This document shows, in pieces, positions 63,198-64,000 of a stretch of DNA of 64,000 nucleotides (positions are counted from its first letter, which is position 1; the number at the start of each line of letters is the position of its first letter). The stretch is from positions 434,001 through 498,000 of the forward strand of contig NIVC01000184.1 of assembly GCA_002269645.1 (NCBI GenBank). Reading direction: 5' to 3'. Source of the stretch: Macrostomum lignano (taxonomy: Eukaryota). A program made the position numbers and the translations under genes. The notes below the pieces were generated by a model. That model saw only the letters and a program-made list of their open reading frames with translations. It was not told the DNA's origin and searched no databases.

Positions 63198-64000
63198 GTT
63201 CAGTACTAGTTATAATTTCTCTAAAAGAGCCAAAATGCATTTGAATTCTAAAAATGTAATTAAAAGTATGCGTCTACCAACACTTCGAAATGCAAAATTG
63301 GCATCTGGATGAGCAAGAGAAAAATCTCTAAAAATGAAGTGCCAAAAACACAGTTTGGCAAAATAAAACTCTGACCACTGGAGTACTCTTACTATCTACC
63401 ACTATTTACCACAGTTTTTTGTTTCACAAAAAATCTTGAGCGTAGGCCTAAGACATGTATAAAATATGTTAAAGGAACATGAGATGATAATCTGTCTTAC
63501 TTATTATATAACTGCGCTAGCTAAGTCGTGTGCAGCGTCATTTTTAAAAGAGCATACATTTATTGCGTATTTTATCAAAATGAATGAATTTTGCAGTCAG
63601 ATACACAAAGCAGGACAAGACAACTAACAAACATATATTTTACTTCCATATATTAAAACTACAAATTTACCTTGATATACATCTTATTTGAATCAAAGTT
63701 TCAAAATTAACTTGAAAACAGTGCCAGGCCAATCGCTAAAATATCGCGCTGCGATGCACGAACTTGTTTATAATGTACGGTACGATAGACTAAAAAATAA
63801 TGCTAAAACTGAAGAGTGTCACTCACTTTCAACCCACCATTCACAAAGGGATCTTAAATTGCAAATTTATGCGTCAAGTGGGCTAAAAACATGTGAATTA
63901 GGCATGGATCGAATTCCAAACGTTGTTCCATCGCTCGGCGATGGTGCAATTATCGCCAAGGCATCGAAACTCGAGGTTTCGGCGATTTCACGAGAATGCG

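Larger units (their letters stand above)
55004..64000 (-). mobile_element. EnSpm/CMC DNA transposon (one end at about 55004; the other probably just beyond the window)
   Basis: A CCCACATAACC terminus is followed by ATCGCC-rich subterminal repeats; CATCGCCGAGCGAT is inverted as ATCGCTCGGCGATG at about 63930. Encloses the transposase and DUF4806-type genes. Confidence 0.7.

Overview
AT-rich, intron-rich animal genomic DNA. The gene style and satellite-filled introns resemble the flatworm Macrostomum lignano (inference only). Host genes reconstructed by hand with frame-consistent splice sites: NUDT18-like Nudix hydrolase (+), a GIMAP/AIG1 GTPase fused to a C-terminal Hedgehog-type Hint/Hog domain (-), INSM1-like zinc finger (-), Beclin-1 (-) and a C14orf93-like protein (-). 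Mobile DNA: a 5'-truncated RTE-like LINE; a 7.85 kb Polinton/Maverick-like element in a NUDT18 intron (AGTAGT termini, 6-bp TSD, long TIRs with foldback ends) encoding a decayed primase-D5 helicase, a pPolB remnant, PLA2 fused to integrase and a restriction-endonuclease-like ORF; an EnSpm/CMC transposon with an open transposase ORF and a DUF4806-type gene; and several MITEs. About a third of the window is tandem repeat. The two most striking items are the GIMAP-Hog fusion gene and the unusual mini-Polinton.
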